From contig NW_021834747.1 of assembly GCF_006345805.1 (NCBI RefSeq), forward strand, positions 1-26,508: 26,508 bases of DNA, written 5' to 3'. The translations under genes were made by a program, and so were the position numbers. Below are positions 1 to 11,660 of the stretch, piece after piece (the stretch's first letter is position 1; every line of letters starts with the position of its first letter). The stretch is from Octopus sinensis. Lineage: Eukaryota. Below the pieces are notes generated by a model. That model ran no database searches and was not told the DNA's origin. It saw only the letters and a program-made list of their open reading frames with translations.

Positions 1-263
1 AGTATGTGAAAAAAGTAAATAACCAAACCGTATTTACACACGCGCACATACAAACGTACGCACCCACCCCCCACCCCCACACACGCACATGCACACACAC
101 ACACACTCACACACACACACACACATACACGCTACTCATAAGGTGGGGGAAAGAATCGCTTATAGCGGCACGTGTTCTTGGAAAATATCCGATAAATGGC
201 TTTAAAGATGCGAATCTTGCTTAATTAGTGGACTAAAAATAGAAATGCGTCAAAAGGCGTGAT

Positions 264-345
264 GTCACTGCTGCTGCTGCTGGTGCTGCAGCTGATGATG
301 ATGATGATGATGATGAGGATGATGATGATGATGATGATGAGGATG
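264..345. repeat. (CTG)n/(ATG)n trinucleotide microsatellite
   Basis: Direct reading: ctgctgctg... followed by gatgatgat...; explains ORF 225..479. Confidence 0.95.
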
Positions 346-389
346 TTGTTAAAATACACACAATCGTATGAATTATGAATGCAAGTATC

Positions 390-423
<34 letters not shown>

Positions 424-720
424 ATATATCCACATATAATTATACACATACTCACACACATACACATATAAATAAACACATATATATATATGTCACTTTG
501 TATGCATTTATAGGTTCAACATTGATTTTCTGGTATCCTTGATTCAAAAGCCTTTCCAGATTATTGATTTTCCCGAACCGGGGGTGGTCACCCTGGTCAA
601 CACGCCCTGACTCAAACAAGTATTACATCTGCTTAAATAATGAAATGAAATACATGTAGTTGTACATTAGTAGGAATAATTTTGGGTTGGTACATAATTA
701 ACCACCGTTTTATGATATAA

Positions 721-1111
721 CTAGCAGTATCGCCCGGCGTTGCTCGGGTTTGTTTCGACCCTTTAGAATTGGAATTTCTGAAAAGTAAAAATTTTGCATT
801 ATGTAGCTTGTTATTCTCTTTAAGCGAACATTTTTCTGGTTGAAATGCACCGAAAAATGGCGACACAGCAGTAAAAAAAATCGTAAAAATAGAGATTTTC
901 ATTGAAAAAAGCACCTTTTTGATGTAAATAATTTTTGGTGTTAAGATGGTCCAGTTTGAATTTTTTCTTCTACGGAACGAAGAGCAAGCCTTCTTCTATC
1001 ATAATCTCAATTTTGGTCAACTTGCAGCGCAGGGTCTCGGAGGAGATAATGTTAGTTGAAGGCTACCAAACCTGCCATACACAGACAACTTCAGCTTTAT
1101 GTATATATAGA
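721..1111 (-). mobile_element. Non-autonomous Helitron, 391 bp
   Basis: The minus strand begins TCTATATATACATAAAGCTG (1111) and ends CCCGAGCAACGCCGGGCGATACTGCTAG (721). This gives a 5'-TC, a GC-rich subterminal hairpin about 8 nt before a 3'-CTAG, insertion between A and T (a720/t1112) and no TSD, all canonical Helitron hallmarks. Confidence 0.85.
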
Positions 1112-1941
1112 TTTACTAAAAATGCAAGACCAGTGACTGTATGACACTGTTTTTCTATATATCGCCAGCTGGAGTGAACTACTGCTATATCTAGCAGGCG
1201 AATATCCGTCATTGAAAATGACAAAATGAGGTCGAAATCACGCGATCTGGTGATCTCAGAGCTGAAATAGTAAGGAATCTTCTACCCGCTTACAATATAC
1301 ATCGAGCGCGAAGCGCACTGAATAACCAGCTAGAGGAGGCGTCCACGTGGGGTTAAAATGGCAGTATCGTCTGTTCTTACAGAACACTCACGTTTAGGTG
1401 CCGATAAACATTACTTCGCAGCATGAATACAGTATAAATACTGCTTTCTAATGGAGATTTTCTAAACGAGCTAGTTTGCTAAATGTTTTATTTAAAATTT
1501 AGAATAAAAATAATAAATGATCGTTAATTATGCGCCAACCCAATACAAGTTGATTAATACTGTATTCTACAAGGTAGAAGTAGACTAATCTGGTGGTCAC
1601 AGCAATTTAATGCTCCTTCTCGTCTTGTGGATCATAAGATTCCGGACCATGTCCGAATAGTCGGTATTATACTTGTGTGTGTGTGTGTGTGTGTGCTGTT
1701 GCTGTTTTAAGCAACAAGACGGGTAGGGTGATTAGTTGATGGTCTAGGGCTTAGGGGCGGTAGACCCCAGACCTAGTTAAAAAAAAAAAAACTTCGGTCG
1801 TCTTGTTGTAGTCGAGGGCTCTTCGTTGACGCCCGACACCACTTGGAGGTGGCACTCGAAGTCGCTGGAAATGGAGATCTCCAGGTCCAAATTCTTGAAC
1901 CGCTGTGTGTGTGTGCGCGCGCGCGTGTGATTACATACATA

Positions 1942-2196
1942 CGAGGTCTGATAAAAAAAAGTATCGGGACTGGTGCTATAAACAGATAACAACACATTTC
2001 AATTCAGTATTCAATCTCCATCGAAGTTGTCCTTTTCTAAAGCTTCAAACTTAATTCAGCGTAGTTTCCATGGATGGAAGCATTCCTGAAACTTCTCCTT
2101 TGGGATAGCGAGCGGCTGCCACGAGTTCCTCGACGTTTTCAAATCTCGTTGGCGGGTCTTCTACTGCGAAGTCTGAGTCTTGGTTTCGGGATCATA
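1942..2196 (-). mobile_element. Internally deleted mariner remnant with one TIR
   Basis: TA|CGAGGTCTGATAAAAAAAAGTATCGGGAC is a mariner-type TIR at 1940-1970. The minus strand 2196->2011 reads YDPETKTQTSQ*KT, joined after a deletion to RFENVEEL... and IPKEKFQECFHPWKLR*IKFEALEKDNFDGD*. These match the mariner YDPETK motif and C-terminal helix. Confidence 0.85.
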
Positions 2197-2214
2197 TATA
2201 TATATATATATATA

Positions 2215-3504
2215 TAAAACTTACTTGGAAAAGGATGCATGGCGTTCGATCATATGATAATATAAATGATATATAAATATATGCATACATACATATATGT
2301 ACATACCTACATCTATATGTATATATACATGCATATATGGGTATAGGACATAAAAAAATGTTGAACACAATGAGAAACGAAAACATAAAAACAAAAACAT
2401 AGAAACGAACTTTTTTTCGAACAACGAAAAAAAACAAACAAACTGAGAAACGAAACATGCAACATAAAGAATATTCTCCTTGTTCAGTTGTCCCTGTTTT
2501 ATCTTCTCCGCGTATCGAAGGTAAGGACAAGGCGCGACTTCATTGAAACAGTCCTTCCCGCAAAGCAAATTAAATAAAATTTGGGATTTTTTGCGGAGGA
2601 TGAAAGTGGTAACAAGAACAAGACAGTGAGAACAAAACAGTAAAAACAAACGGTGAGGACTGTCAAGTCAAGACGATAGAAAAATTATTATGAACGCTAG
2701 GAAGAGGAGCTTGTGAGAGGAGACAGTATAAGCACGTGTTGTCTTTAGGAAGGTAATTGGCAGAAAGATAGATTCTCTTTCGTCACGTATCAGCGACGAG
2801 AGAGCTGACACGTGACGAAAAGGAGGAGTGAGAGAGAGGAACGGTGAAGAGGAGAGGGGAAGAATAGGGAAGGGTGGGAGAGAAAACCAGAAAGGATGAA
2901 GAACAAGAGAGAGAGAAAGATAGACAGAGAAGAGATAGTAAAGATAGAAGATTGAGCATCGGAATTATTAAGATAAAACTTACTTGGAAAAGGATAAATA
3001 ATATACAAATATATGCATATATACATACATATAGGCGCAGGAGTGGCTGTGTGGTAAGTAGCTTGCTTACCAACCACACAATTCCGGGTTCAGTCCCACT
3101 GCGTGGCACCTTGGGCAAGTGTCTTCTACTATAGCCTCGGGTCGACCAAAGCCTTGTGAGTGGATTTGGTAGACAGAAACTGAAAGAAGCCCGTCGTATA
3201 TATGTGTATATATATGTATGTGTGTGCATAAGTTTGTGTGCCTGTGTTTGTCCCCCCAACATCGCTTGACAACCGATGCTGTTGTATTTACGTTCCCGTA
3301 ACTTAGCGGTTCGGCAAAAGAGACCGATAGAATAAGTACTAGGCTTACAAAGAATAAGTCCTGGGGTCGATTTACTCGACTAAAAGGCAGTGCTCCAGTA
3401 TGGCCACAGTCAAATGACTGAAACAAGTAAAAGAGTAGAAAGAGTATATATGTATATACCTACATATAATATGTATATATACATGCATATATGGGTACAG
3501 GACA
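2215..3504 (-). mobile_element. Partial-tandem non-coding repeat (759-bp period), Penelope-like; second terminal repeat interrupted by a SINE
   Basis: taaaacttacttggaaaaggat...tacctaca...catgcatatatgggta(t/c)aggaca occurs at 2215-2350 and again at 2974-3504, the second copy split by SINE 3034-3444. A third, inverted copy is at about 19640-19790. The Penelope-like call is inferred from the architecture; no RT or GIY-YIG is seen. Confidence 0.55.
3034..3444 (+). mobile_element. tRNA-derived SINE family A, full length
   Basis: Head GGCGCAGGAGTGGCTGTGTGGTAAG with A box (TGGCTGTGTGG) and B box (GGTTCAGTCCC); central accttgggcaagtgtctt; tail gtgctccagtatggccacagtcaaatgactgaaacaag-(taaaagag). Closely similar to the inverted copy at 12578-12976. 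Confidence 0.92.
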
Positions 3505-3995
3505 TGTATGAATTTTTGTACTTGTCAGGGTCCCATCTATGAGATAACTAGGAGGCTGTTCTTATTTTTGACAAAGCTGTGGGGAAGGCAGCTCTTCTAG
3601 GAGAAGGATGCTCTCACTTAAAACTTGCAGTCAAAATAGTACCTGTCATCTTGCAATGCTTGTCACTGGAACCTGCTATGGCGATCGAGAGAGTTGTAGA
3701 ACAGTCGTACAATGTTTTATCAGTTAAATCGAATGATATACAGATGTCTCCTTATCATTTCATTTCTTGATCCGTTTTGTATTTTATAAATTCCTATGGC
3801 GACTGTTATCTGCTCACATGCAAGGATTAAAGTAAATCAGAAGAATCACGTTGAATTTGAGGCAGCTATCATCTGAAAAAAGATGAAACACGTATGTCTG
3901 AATGCATGTATATATATATCTAGTATGTATGTCAATGTGCGTGTTATGTGTATGTGTGGATACAACTTGAAACGGCATATAGCCTAACGGGCATA

Positions 3996-4203
3996 TAGCA
4001 CGCCGGGCGAAATGCTTTGCGGTATTTCGTCTGCCGTTACGTTCTGAGTTCAAATTCCGCCGAGGTCGACTTTGCCTTTCATCCTTTCGGGGTCGATTAA
4101 ATAAGTACCAGTTACGCACTGGGGTCGATGTAATCGACTTAATCCGTTTGTCTGTCCTTGTTTGTCCCCTCCGTGTTTAGCCCCTTGAGGTAGTAAAGAA
4201 ATA
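3996..4203 (+). mobile_element. tRNA-derived SINE family B (Meta-like central domain), 5'-damaged
   Basis: B box GAGTTCAAATTCC followed by gaggtcgactttgcctttcatcctttcggggtcgattaaataagtaccag. Near-identical to the inverted copy at 9387-9571. Confidence 0.88.
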
Positions 4204-4325
4204 GGTATAATAACTTAAAACTTTTAACGAACCAAGTCAGAATAGGAGGGCGAAATTAATAAGGGAAATAATATTTTAATGGCTATGCATCGTAACCTAC
4301 AGTCTTATATTTTAAAATCTGAATA

Positions 4326-4614
4326 AGCGCAGGGGTGGCTGTGTGGTAAGAGGTTTGTTTCTCAGCTACATGGTTTCGGGTTCGCCTTGAGCAAGCGTCT
4401 TCTACTATAGCCTCGGGCTGACCAAATCCATTGCCCGTCGCACGCGTGTGTGTCTTCGTGTATGCGTTTGTCCACCACTACAGCTTGACAACCGGTGTTG
4501 GTGTGTTTACGTCCCCTTAACTTATCGGTTTGGTAAAAAGAGTCTGATAGGATAAACAACAGGCTTTACAAAATAATAATAATAATGATGATGATGATGA
4601 TGATGATGATAATA

Positions 4615-4672
<58 letters not shown>

Positions 4673-4779
4673 AACAACAACAACAACTACTGGGATCGAT
4701 TTGTTCAACTAAAATTCTTGAATGCAGCATCCCAGCATGGCCGCAGTTCAATGATTGAAACACGTGAAAGATAAAAGAT
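4326..4779 (+). mobile_element. SINE family A, degraded, with an internal (AAT)n/(GAT)n expansion at about 4571-4690
   Basis: Head agcgcaggggtggctgtgtggtaag, body to about 4570, and tail cccagcatggccgcagttcaatgattgaaacac resuming after the microsatellite. Confidence 0.85.
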
Positions 4780-5585
4780 AATCATCGGACTAGTAAAAGA
4801 CAGCCAACAAGATATTAGCAAAAAGCTGAGCGATTGTGTTTTGCTCTTCTGCCAATTATTCAAATATTCCTGAATATTAAACTTAATACGTAACAACCCC
4901 GAAAATTATTATTATCATAATACAAGTACATTTTCGATCAAATGATGATGCGGTACCTCATTTAATCTGGACATGATTATATGAGGATACTTTAATTTTA
5001 GGTTGCCGATATTAATGACATTTTCGTTACATGGTTCTCACTACATACATAGGTTTAGTAACAAGTAACATATCATGATGGCAAAAGCATTCTCCATTCA
5101 CCTATCGTAAATCATATGAAGATGCAAATGTTTAAAACTAAATCTAACACCACGTACTAACCGCCGAAGAACCCTTTCTTTATGAAGACCAAGTTGACAG
5201 ATAACTTATCTTCACTACAGAAAATATAGTGTTCCACCATGAAAAAGGAAAAGGAAAACATATGCCCTTCCCTGTTACGTTTCAAGACAATGTCCAGTGA
5301 AGGCCCAGTGACTCAGTAGCTTGAGATTTGGTTTTAAGTATTTTCACCTTCATGTTATTATAGAAGACTGCAAGAATTTATCGAACGTTATAACATGATT
5401 CTAGTGAATAAACAAAAGTCTAATAGCGAAAATGTTGAAGTGGTATTAGACTTCTAAGAATTTACTTCAGAATTTCTTTATGTAAGCTCTGTTAATCCGG
5501 CAAAATGAATAATCTGGCACGCGTCTTGACCAAAGATAACGGAAAATTGATGTTCTTACATACAATACGTACATACACACAAATA

Positions 5586-5956
5586 TACATACATACATAC
5601 ATACATGCTATTATGGAGTATGGCCCACGAATTTATGGAGTCTCCATAAGAGTGCACATAGCTTACTGTTACTGGTGCTGTTGATCTAATGTGACTTGTT
5701 AGCCCAGCTAAAGATCTACAATGTTCTGGTGTACAGACGGATGGCAACTAAAACCTTTACCAGTAATAGCCGGCTGTGTAGAGATGTAACTGGGCTTCAT
5801 GTACCTTGCCTGTCGTTTAAGTCCACCTGTCGAATTACACTCTCTTCCACATGCTCGACAGATATGATTAGTATGGTGTGTAACACCATCACCAGTGGCC
5901 AGGTTATCACTCATCTGTCTCGCTTTATGACTACGAAGATGACTCTTGAGTTCAGC

Positions 5957-5960
<4 letters not shown>
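5586..5960 (-). mobile_element. 3' end of an RTE-like LINE with C2H2-type zinc-finger remnants and a (TATG)n tail
   Basis: The minus strand reads ...KAELKSHLRSH...HICRACGRECNSTGGLKRQARY..., then after a frameshift CRSLAGLTSHIRS, and ends in a (TATG)n tail at 5606-5586. RTE ORFs commonly end in a CxxC...GLxSHxRxH finger plus a short-repeat tail. A decayed host ZNF exon cannot be excluded. Confidence 0.6.
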
Positions 5961-6020
<60 letters not shown>

Positions 6021-6061
6021 CATATTTCTTTCTCCGTCTTCCCTTCTTTGGACTTTTCTAT

Positions 6062-6096
6062 ATTTCTGATGAAGAGCTCCGCTCGAAACGTGAAAT
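6062..6096 (+). ncRNA. Minimal type I hammerhead ribozyme motif, probably inactive (G at position 17)
   Basis: attt-CTGATGA-a-gagc(tcc)gctc-GAAAC-GT-G-aaat: canonical core, 4-bp stem II, palindromic ACGT stem III (dimer type), 4-bp AU stem I. It sits in a fragment of about 170 bp (6023-6195) between (TACA)n tracts. Confidence 0.7.
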
Positions 6097-6209
6097 CCTC
6101 TTTCTTTTCTTTCCTTTCTTGAGCGTCCATTAACACTGTACTTATTCCACTTCCTCGCGTTGTTGTTTTTTCTTGCTTGTTCATGTTTGGATTGACTACA
6201 TACATACAT

Positions 6210-6264
<55 letters not shown>

Positions 6265-6320
6265 ACATATATATATATATGTATATGTATATGTATGCAT
6301 GTATGAATGTATACATATAT

Positions 6321-6535
6321 GTGTGTGTGTCTTTGTGTCAATGTTTGTCCTCCCATCATCGCTTGACAACTGCTGATAGTGTAGTTACGTCACCGTAACT
6401 TAGTGGTTCAGCAAAAGAGGCCAACAGAATAGATACTAGGCTTACAAAGCATAAGTCCTGTGGTCTTCGACTAAAACCCTTTAAGGCGGTGTTCCAGCGT
6501 GGCTGCAATCAAATGAGTGAAACGAGTAAAAGAAT
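6321..6535 (+). mobile_element. SINE family A, 3' half
   Basis: catcgcttgacaac...gtaacttagtggttcagcaaaagag...aaggcggtgttccagcgtggctgcaatcaaatgagtgaaacgagtaaaaga matches 3260-3435. Confidence 0.88.
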
Positions 6536-6538
6536 ATA

Positions 6539-7664
6539 CAGGGTCTTGCAGATAAATTAAGACCAAGTTTAAGCAGTTGACATAGTAGGTTTAACATTTC
6601 ATTTTTTGACAAAACCTTTCTTGCTTGAAAGGCCGGGTACACTGCCAATAAAGTTATTAAGTTGGCGAAACTTCCAAAAGCAACAGTTTGCTGTGTGTAT
6701 AAACAATTCAAAGAAGAGGGTAAGATTGATAAAAAAACACAAATCTCGAAGTGATTCCAAGCGCAATCCAAAGTTTCTCGCTGGCCTCAAGTGCTCGATT
6801 GAAGCCAAGCCATCCACATCCATGACAACTCTGGCAAAGAAATGCAATGTGCCCCTTTCCACGATGTTCAGAGCTGTGAACAAGAACCTTGGCATGACTA
6901 GCTATGTTCGACGACGCTGTCACCTCCTAATAGCCAAGGCCAATGTAATCAGAGCCGAGAGATGCCCAAAGTTTTGTCATTAAGGTGCAGAAAAAATTCT
7001 CATGTTTGTGGACGAGAAGCTCACAGCGGATGAGAAGTTCACGGTGGACACTGAGGTGATTCTCAGAAATTCCCCACTATGATTGGGACAAAGGATCCTG
7101 CCTCTGTGATGGTATTTAGAGCCGTGGCGAGTGATGGAAGTATCATGGATCCACACTTCATTGAGTTCGGCTTGAAGATCGGCAGAAAAGAGTATCTGGA
7201 CATCCTGAAGAACTCTTTGTTACTTTGGATGGAGCTGACGTTTGGACTTGACAATGTGGTGCTTATCTAGGATTCTGCCCCTTGCCATGAGTCAAAAGTG
7301 CTGCAGGCCTTCCTTGAGGAGGACGTGCCATTTTTTGTGAGGGCCAACATCTGGCTCAGTAATAATCCAGATTTCAACCTTCTCGATTACTTTTTATTGG
7401 GCGTACTTCAAGCAAGGACCAATGCTTCACTACACTCGAGCGTCAACTGTTTGAAGACCTGAATTGTGCGTGCGACACGCGTAATCGAAAAGGCAGAGGT
7501 TGCGGTAGCTGCAAAACAATTTTGTTCTCGTGTGGGGCAGTAATTGTCATGTTGAATGATAAACGTTTCTGTTGTAATAAATGTTACATTAGAATTATAT
7601 CTGTCTACTACCATTATTTTAGTATTTATAACCAGTTTTATGCTTTGTAAAAATTGTGTGTCTG
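6539..7664 (+). mobile_element. Decayed DD37D (maT) IS630-Tc1-mariner transposon
   Basis: TA|CAGGGTCTTGCAGATAAATT left end. HTH region SIEAKPSTSMTTLAKKCNV...LGMTSYVRRR (6606-6983). First D in VDEK...DEKFTVD (about 7011-7050); TKDPASVMV..VASDG. Second D (DSAPCH, 7271) is followed by exactly 37 residues before the D of NPDFNLLDY. Stops are present and the right TIR is eroded to ctg|ta. Confidence 0.93.
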
Positions 7665-7780
7665 TATACATATGCATGTATGTATGTATGTATGTATGTA
7701 TGTATGTATGTATGTATGTATGTATGTATGTGTGGATGGATGGATGGATGGATGGATGTGTGTGTAGTCCCCCAATCTCT

Positions 7781-7820
<40 letters not shown>

Positions 7821-8374
7821 CTTTGCTTTCTATTTCCCTCTCAAAATATTCATAAAATGTCTCGCCATCGAACTTCAATTTTTGTTTTTTGTACCATAAT
7901 TCAATAAAGTGTTCCCGATTGCACTTGGAATATCTAATGTTGAAGTTCCAAAGATCCGCAATAGTGAAATGTATATAGAAACAAATATATCACATTGTCC
8001 TTATCGTAATTACTCCCACATTTGCTCCGTATATCATAACTAGTAATACTACGGAGTAACTAAACCACTGGAGTGGAAACAGACGAGATGACGGTAATAT
8101 ACTTTGAGCTCTAAACTCAGCAGTAACATGCAATATTATTACCAGTTTGAATATTCTTGTGGCAATTCACAAGCCATTCACTATGTTTTGTCATGGAGAA
8201 AATTTTTTCGCTGTTGGCAATGGTGTAAACACACCTAGATCAGTTCGCAGCACTCTCTTTCCAGATAGTAGCACTGCATTTATACATATCACTGCCTAAC
8301 GCGTAATCAATAGTAACAGTCATACATCTGTTTGTACACACAAGATATACTATATATACTTCTCAAGAAGTAGC

Positions 8375-9240
8375 AGCTGTACAGAGCTTCTGCAGCATGA
8401 AGACTGGGTCTTAATGCAAGTTATGATTCGCTCAAACGTGGATGTGATATATCTCGATATTGCACAGGTCTTTGAAAAGGTTGATCACGGGAAGATATGT
8501 CACAAGCTACAAAGACTCGGCATAGCTGGAAAAAAGTAGTTGGAGCTCTCTTCAAGGAAACATTAATAGCGAGTGGAGAGCCCCAGAGAAATTATCTTGG
8601 ACCGCCGCTGTTGTTGGAGGCCCCCTCAGACATGCCATCAGTTATATAGACGGTCACTCTTACTAGCTCTACCGACGACACAAAAGTAATGCAAGCAGTC
8701 AAAGATCCTCTCGATACTAATTTAGAAAGATCTAGATGTCATATACAAATGGTCTGAAGAAAATAACATGCGATTTAATGCAAGAAATTTCTAAGCTCCC
8801 CGCTACAAGCCAGCTTGTGCTAGTACACTGCAACAAAAATACTCTGGACCAAAGCGAGTGACAATCCCAGAGTCAAACACGGTGTGTCACCTGGGGATTG
8901 ATATGAGCAACAACGACTCGTTTCATGTACATACTATCAAGATGGCAACCTGCAGGCGAAAGGTAGGATGGATTCTGAGAACTTTCAGATCTAGGGTCTA
9001 CGAAATTATGCTAATCCTATGGAGGGCATTTGACCTCAGTCGTCTGGACTTCAATTATGATCCCCCGTCTGTTTTCAAATATGACCACCCTACAGTATCA
9101 ACTTAATAGCGCAGCTCGAAGCAGTTCACCGGTGTTACACCAAGGAGATTGTATCAATGAAACACTTGAGCTACTGGGAGAGATTGAAAGGGTTGCGAAT
9201 CTACTCCATAGAGCGAAGACGGTGGAGACGTGTGGGGATA
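8375..9240 (+). pseudogene. CR1-clade LINE reverse transcriptase fragment (frameshifted)
   Basis: Reads NVDVIYLDIAQVFEKVDHGKICHKLQRLGI, SGEPQRNYLGPPL (GVPQG-LGP), TSSTDDTKV (YADD), HLGIDMS, WILRTF, LSRLDF and QLEAVHRCYTK...LSYWERLKGLRIYSIERRR, typical of the CR1 ORF2 RT and thumb. Confidence 0.92.
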
Positions 9241-9386
9241 CACTCTCACGAATAGTCGTCTTGCCATCTTGGAATCTCATCTGCATAATATCCTACAACC
9301 CGGAGCAAAGCATTACATACATACATGCATGCATGCATGCATGCATGCATACATACATACATACATACATACATACATACATACAT

Positions 9387-9571
9387 AGAGGACAAACAAG
9401 GACAGACAAACGGATTAAGTCGACGCCAGTGCGTAACTGGTACTTATTTAATCGACCCCGAAAGGATGAAAGGCAAAGTCGACCTCGGCGGAATTTGAAC
9501 TCAGAACGTAACGGCAAACGAAATACGGCTACGCATTTCGCTCGGCGTGCTAACGTTTCTGCCAGCTCGCC
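9387..9571 (-). mobile_element. SINE family B (Meta-like)
   Basis: Minus strand GGCGAGCTGGCAGAAACGTTAGCACGCCGAGCGAAATG...GAGTTCAAATTCCGCCGAGGTCGACTTTGCC...; A and B boxes are present. Confidence 0.9.
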
Positions 9572-10804
9572 TACTCTCCCTTAATATTTCTGGTTCTATG
9601 CTGCTAGTGTTACAAACCAATATCTATTCCTGCTTTAGGTGCCTACAGATTCATACATTATGGCATCGAACGTAAATGGAAGCAATTTTTCTTCTATCCA
9701 TTCAACCAATAAATTTTATGGGTGCTAAAATTAAGAAATATTATTTCTTTTAGCTCCTACCGTTTTAAACTACGAAAGTGCCAAATTTTCATAGTTAATG
9801 CATAATATATTACTGAAATCAATTTGATATTGTTTTATGAGCTCACAATTAGAGAGTTTAACACTTTAGTCGACAGTCAACTTTATCTTGATATTAACAT
9901 AGGCTAAACCCCGGAATCCGATGAAATTAGTGATGGTCTGCTAACGTTGTACATGCTTTCAAGTTAAAATAATAAATCTAACTTGATATGAAATAATCAC
10001 ATGCATAGATTAAAATTTAGGGACAGCTTAATGGCTACCATTTCGTCATTGGCCTTTGCATCTGTATCTCTATCACCTATCACACAGATTTATTTCTTAG
10101 TTATATGAAATGTCACGAAAGATTTGTTTTACGTATTTTATCTAATAACATTATTTCACGTTACATAATATTATCTAAGGTAAATGCTTCCCACACACGC
10201 AACTCTGTTATTTCTCATCTATAACATTTTATCCAGCTTAGACATACCATAATTCCACAAGAAACGTGAAAAGAAACAGAGTGCCATGTTTCATTCTTCG
10301 TATTTAGAATTAGATGTTTTCATAATTTTTTTTTTTCTTTCGTTTTCATTAAGAAAATAACAAGATAAGACATAAATGAGAAGTATTTTGTTGTGTTCAG
10401 ACAATTAATGCTATTTCCTCATATAGATTAATTTTTATCTGATAGTATGTTCTTTATTTTTCCTTCTATTGTCGTCTGTCTGGTCTCTCATTATTAGAAT
10501 CACCGCCTGTAAGATATCGCCGTATGTAACGATGTCTTATTTATAGTTATTATTTATTTTGATAATTTCCATCTTTTGATGTTACAATTAGTAACAATCT
10601 GTACACTGAATGACATATTCAGTAGAGCTTGTATTATTTGCCTCTCTTTACATTCTGAGTTCAAATCATAACCGAATCAATATAATCAACCATGCAAATT
10701 TTATAGCGTTGTGTCTTTATTGTGGTTGTTTTGGTGTCAGCAGCACATCATTTCAAGTCGCTCGTAAGTTTGTCCGCCGGTTCAAATGTTCAAAAGTTGT
10801 TAAT

Positions 10805-10867
10805 TTATCCTTTATCCTTTTACTTGCTTCAGTCACTGTGACTGTGGCCATACTGGAGCATCGCCTT
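10805..10867 (-). mobile_element. SINE family A / CR1 3' tail fragment
   Basis: Reverse complement aaggcgatgctccagtatggccacagtcacagtgactgaagcaagtaaaaggataaagg matches the family A tail. Confidence 0.8.
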
Positions 10868-11215
10868 AATTTTTTTTTTTAAAGGTTGGAGTTCAGTTAT
10901 ATGTCGAACAGGCTGCCAGCTGACGACTATTCATATAACTACTGCTCGAAAACGGAGTCTTTTGCCTGCTACATTTCCACTCTGAGACGAAGTTACCCTC
11001 CTTAGACAAGCTGGTTCTGATGAGCTACCTCTCCAGCACCATACTGATGCCGAGCTTAGCGCGGGAATCCGATTGCCATAGAAAATCGACTACCATGACT
11101 CCCATCTTCAAACCGGCCAACCAGCCAGGCCTCCGAATAGACGGATTACAGGAGCACGCAACAACTCCCGAAATTTTGTTATATAATAGTCGTTTGAGCC
11201 AATTAGAACTCGTTG

Positions 11216-11218
<3 letters not shown>

Positions 11219-11272
<54 letters not shown>
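11219..11272. repeat. (CT)n microsatellite
   Basis: Direct reading. Confidence 0.97.
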
Positions 11273-11279
<7 letters not shown>

Positions 11280-11499
11280 TCTCTCCTTCTCTCTCTTTCT
11301 CTATTTATTTTGTGTTTTGTTTGTTCATTTCCTTCTCAGAAGCCCTGGCCTTAAAACTCTCCATTGCCCCACAAAGAATTGAAGATTTTGCACTGATACT
11401 CATCCATCCAGGATGGAAAGAAGGAAAAAATCCCAAGTCTACCATCGGAACTAAACTTCAGGTAGGTGGTGAAATGTGTAGTTTCTAAGACCTCAGTAC

Positions 11500-11660
11500 A
11501 CTGCTAAGAACAAAAAGATTCCGAAATGAAAATTTGGACTGGGATGGGGCTAAAGATTCTAATTCAAGTATAGACAGAAAACCTAGAGAAAACCTAGAGA
11601 CGATCCCAAACTGGATAGATTTCTCAAAACGGTACTCAGCTCCATGTTATGGTGGGAGCA
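11500..11660 (+). pseudogene. Possible highly decayed CR1 ORF2 C-terminal fragment
   Basis: KLDRFLKTV (about 11608-11636) resembles the CR1 FKxKLDxxLxxVPD motif; the flanks are only weakly similar. Confidence 0.3.

Noticed and set aside
2783-3426. Overlapping ORFs of 86-159 aa (and similar ones at 12376-13100)
   Set aside because: They are translations of SINE family A and flanking simple repeats; the same peptides recur at each SINE copy.
3579-3770. ORF containing KAALLG, resembling the restriction-like endonuclease C-terminus of non-LTR elements
   Set aside because: Similarity is limited to six residues and the following sequence does not match.
10911-10970. CTGACGA ... GAAAAC-gga-GTC hammerhead-like string
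   Set aside because: No closing stem II pair, an extra A in GAAA, and only two junction-proximal stem I pairs.
11017-11045. CTGATGA-gct...agc
   Set aside because: No GAAA follows the putative stem II.
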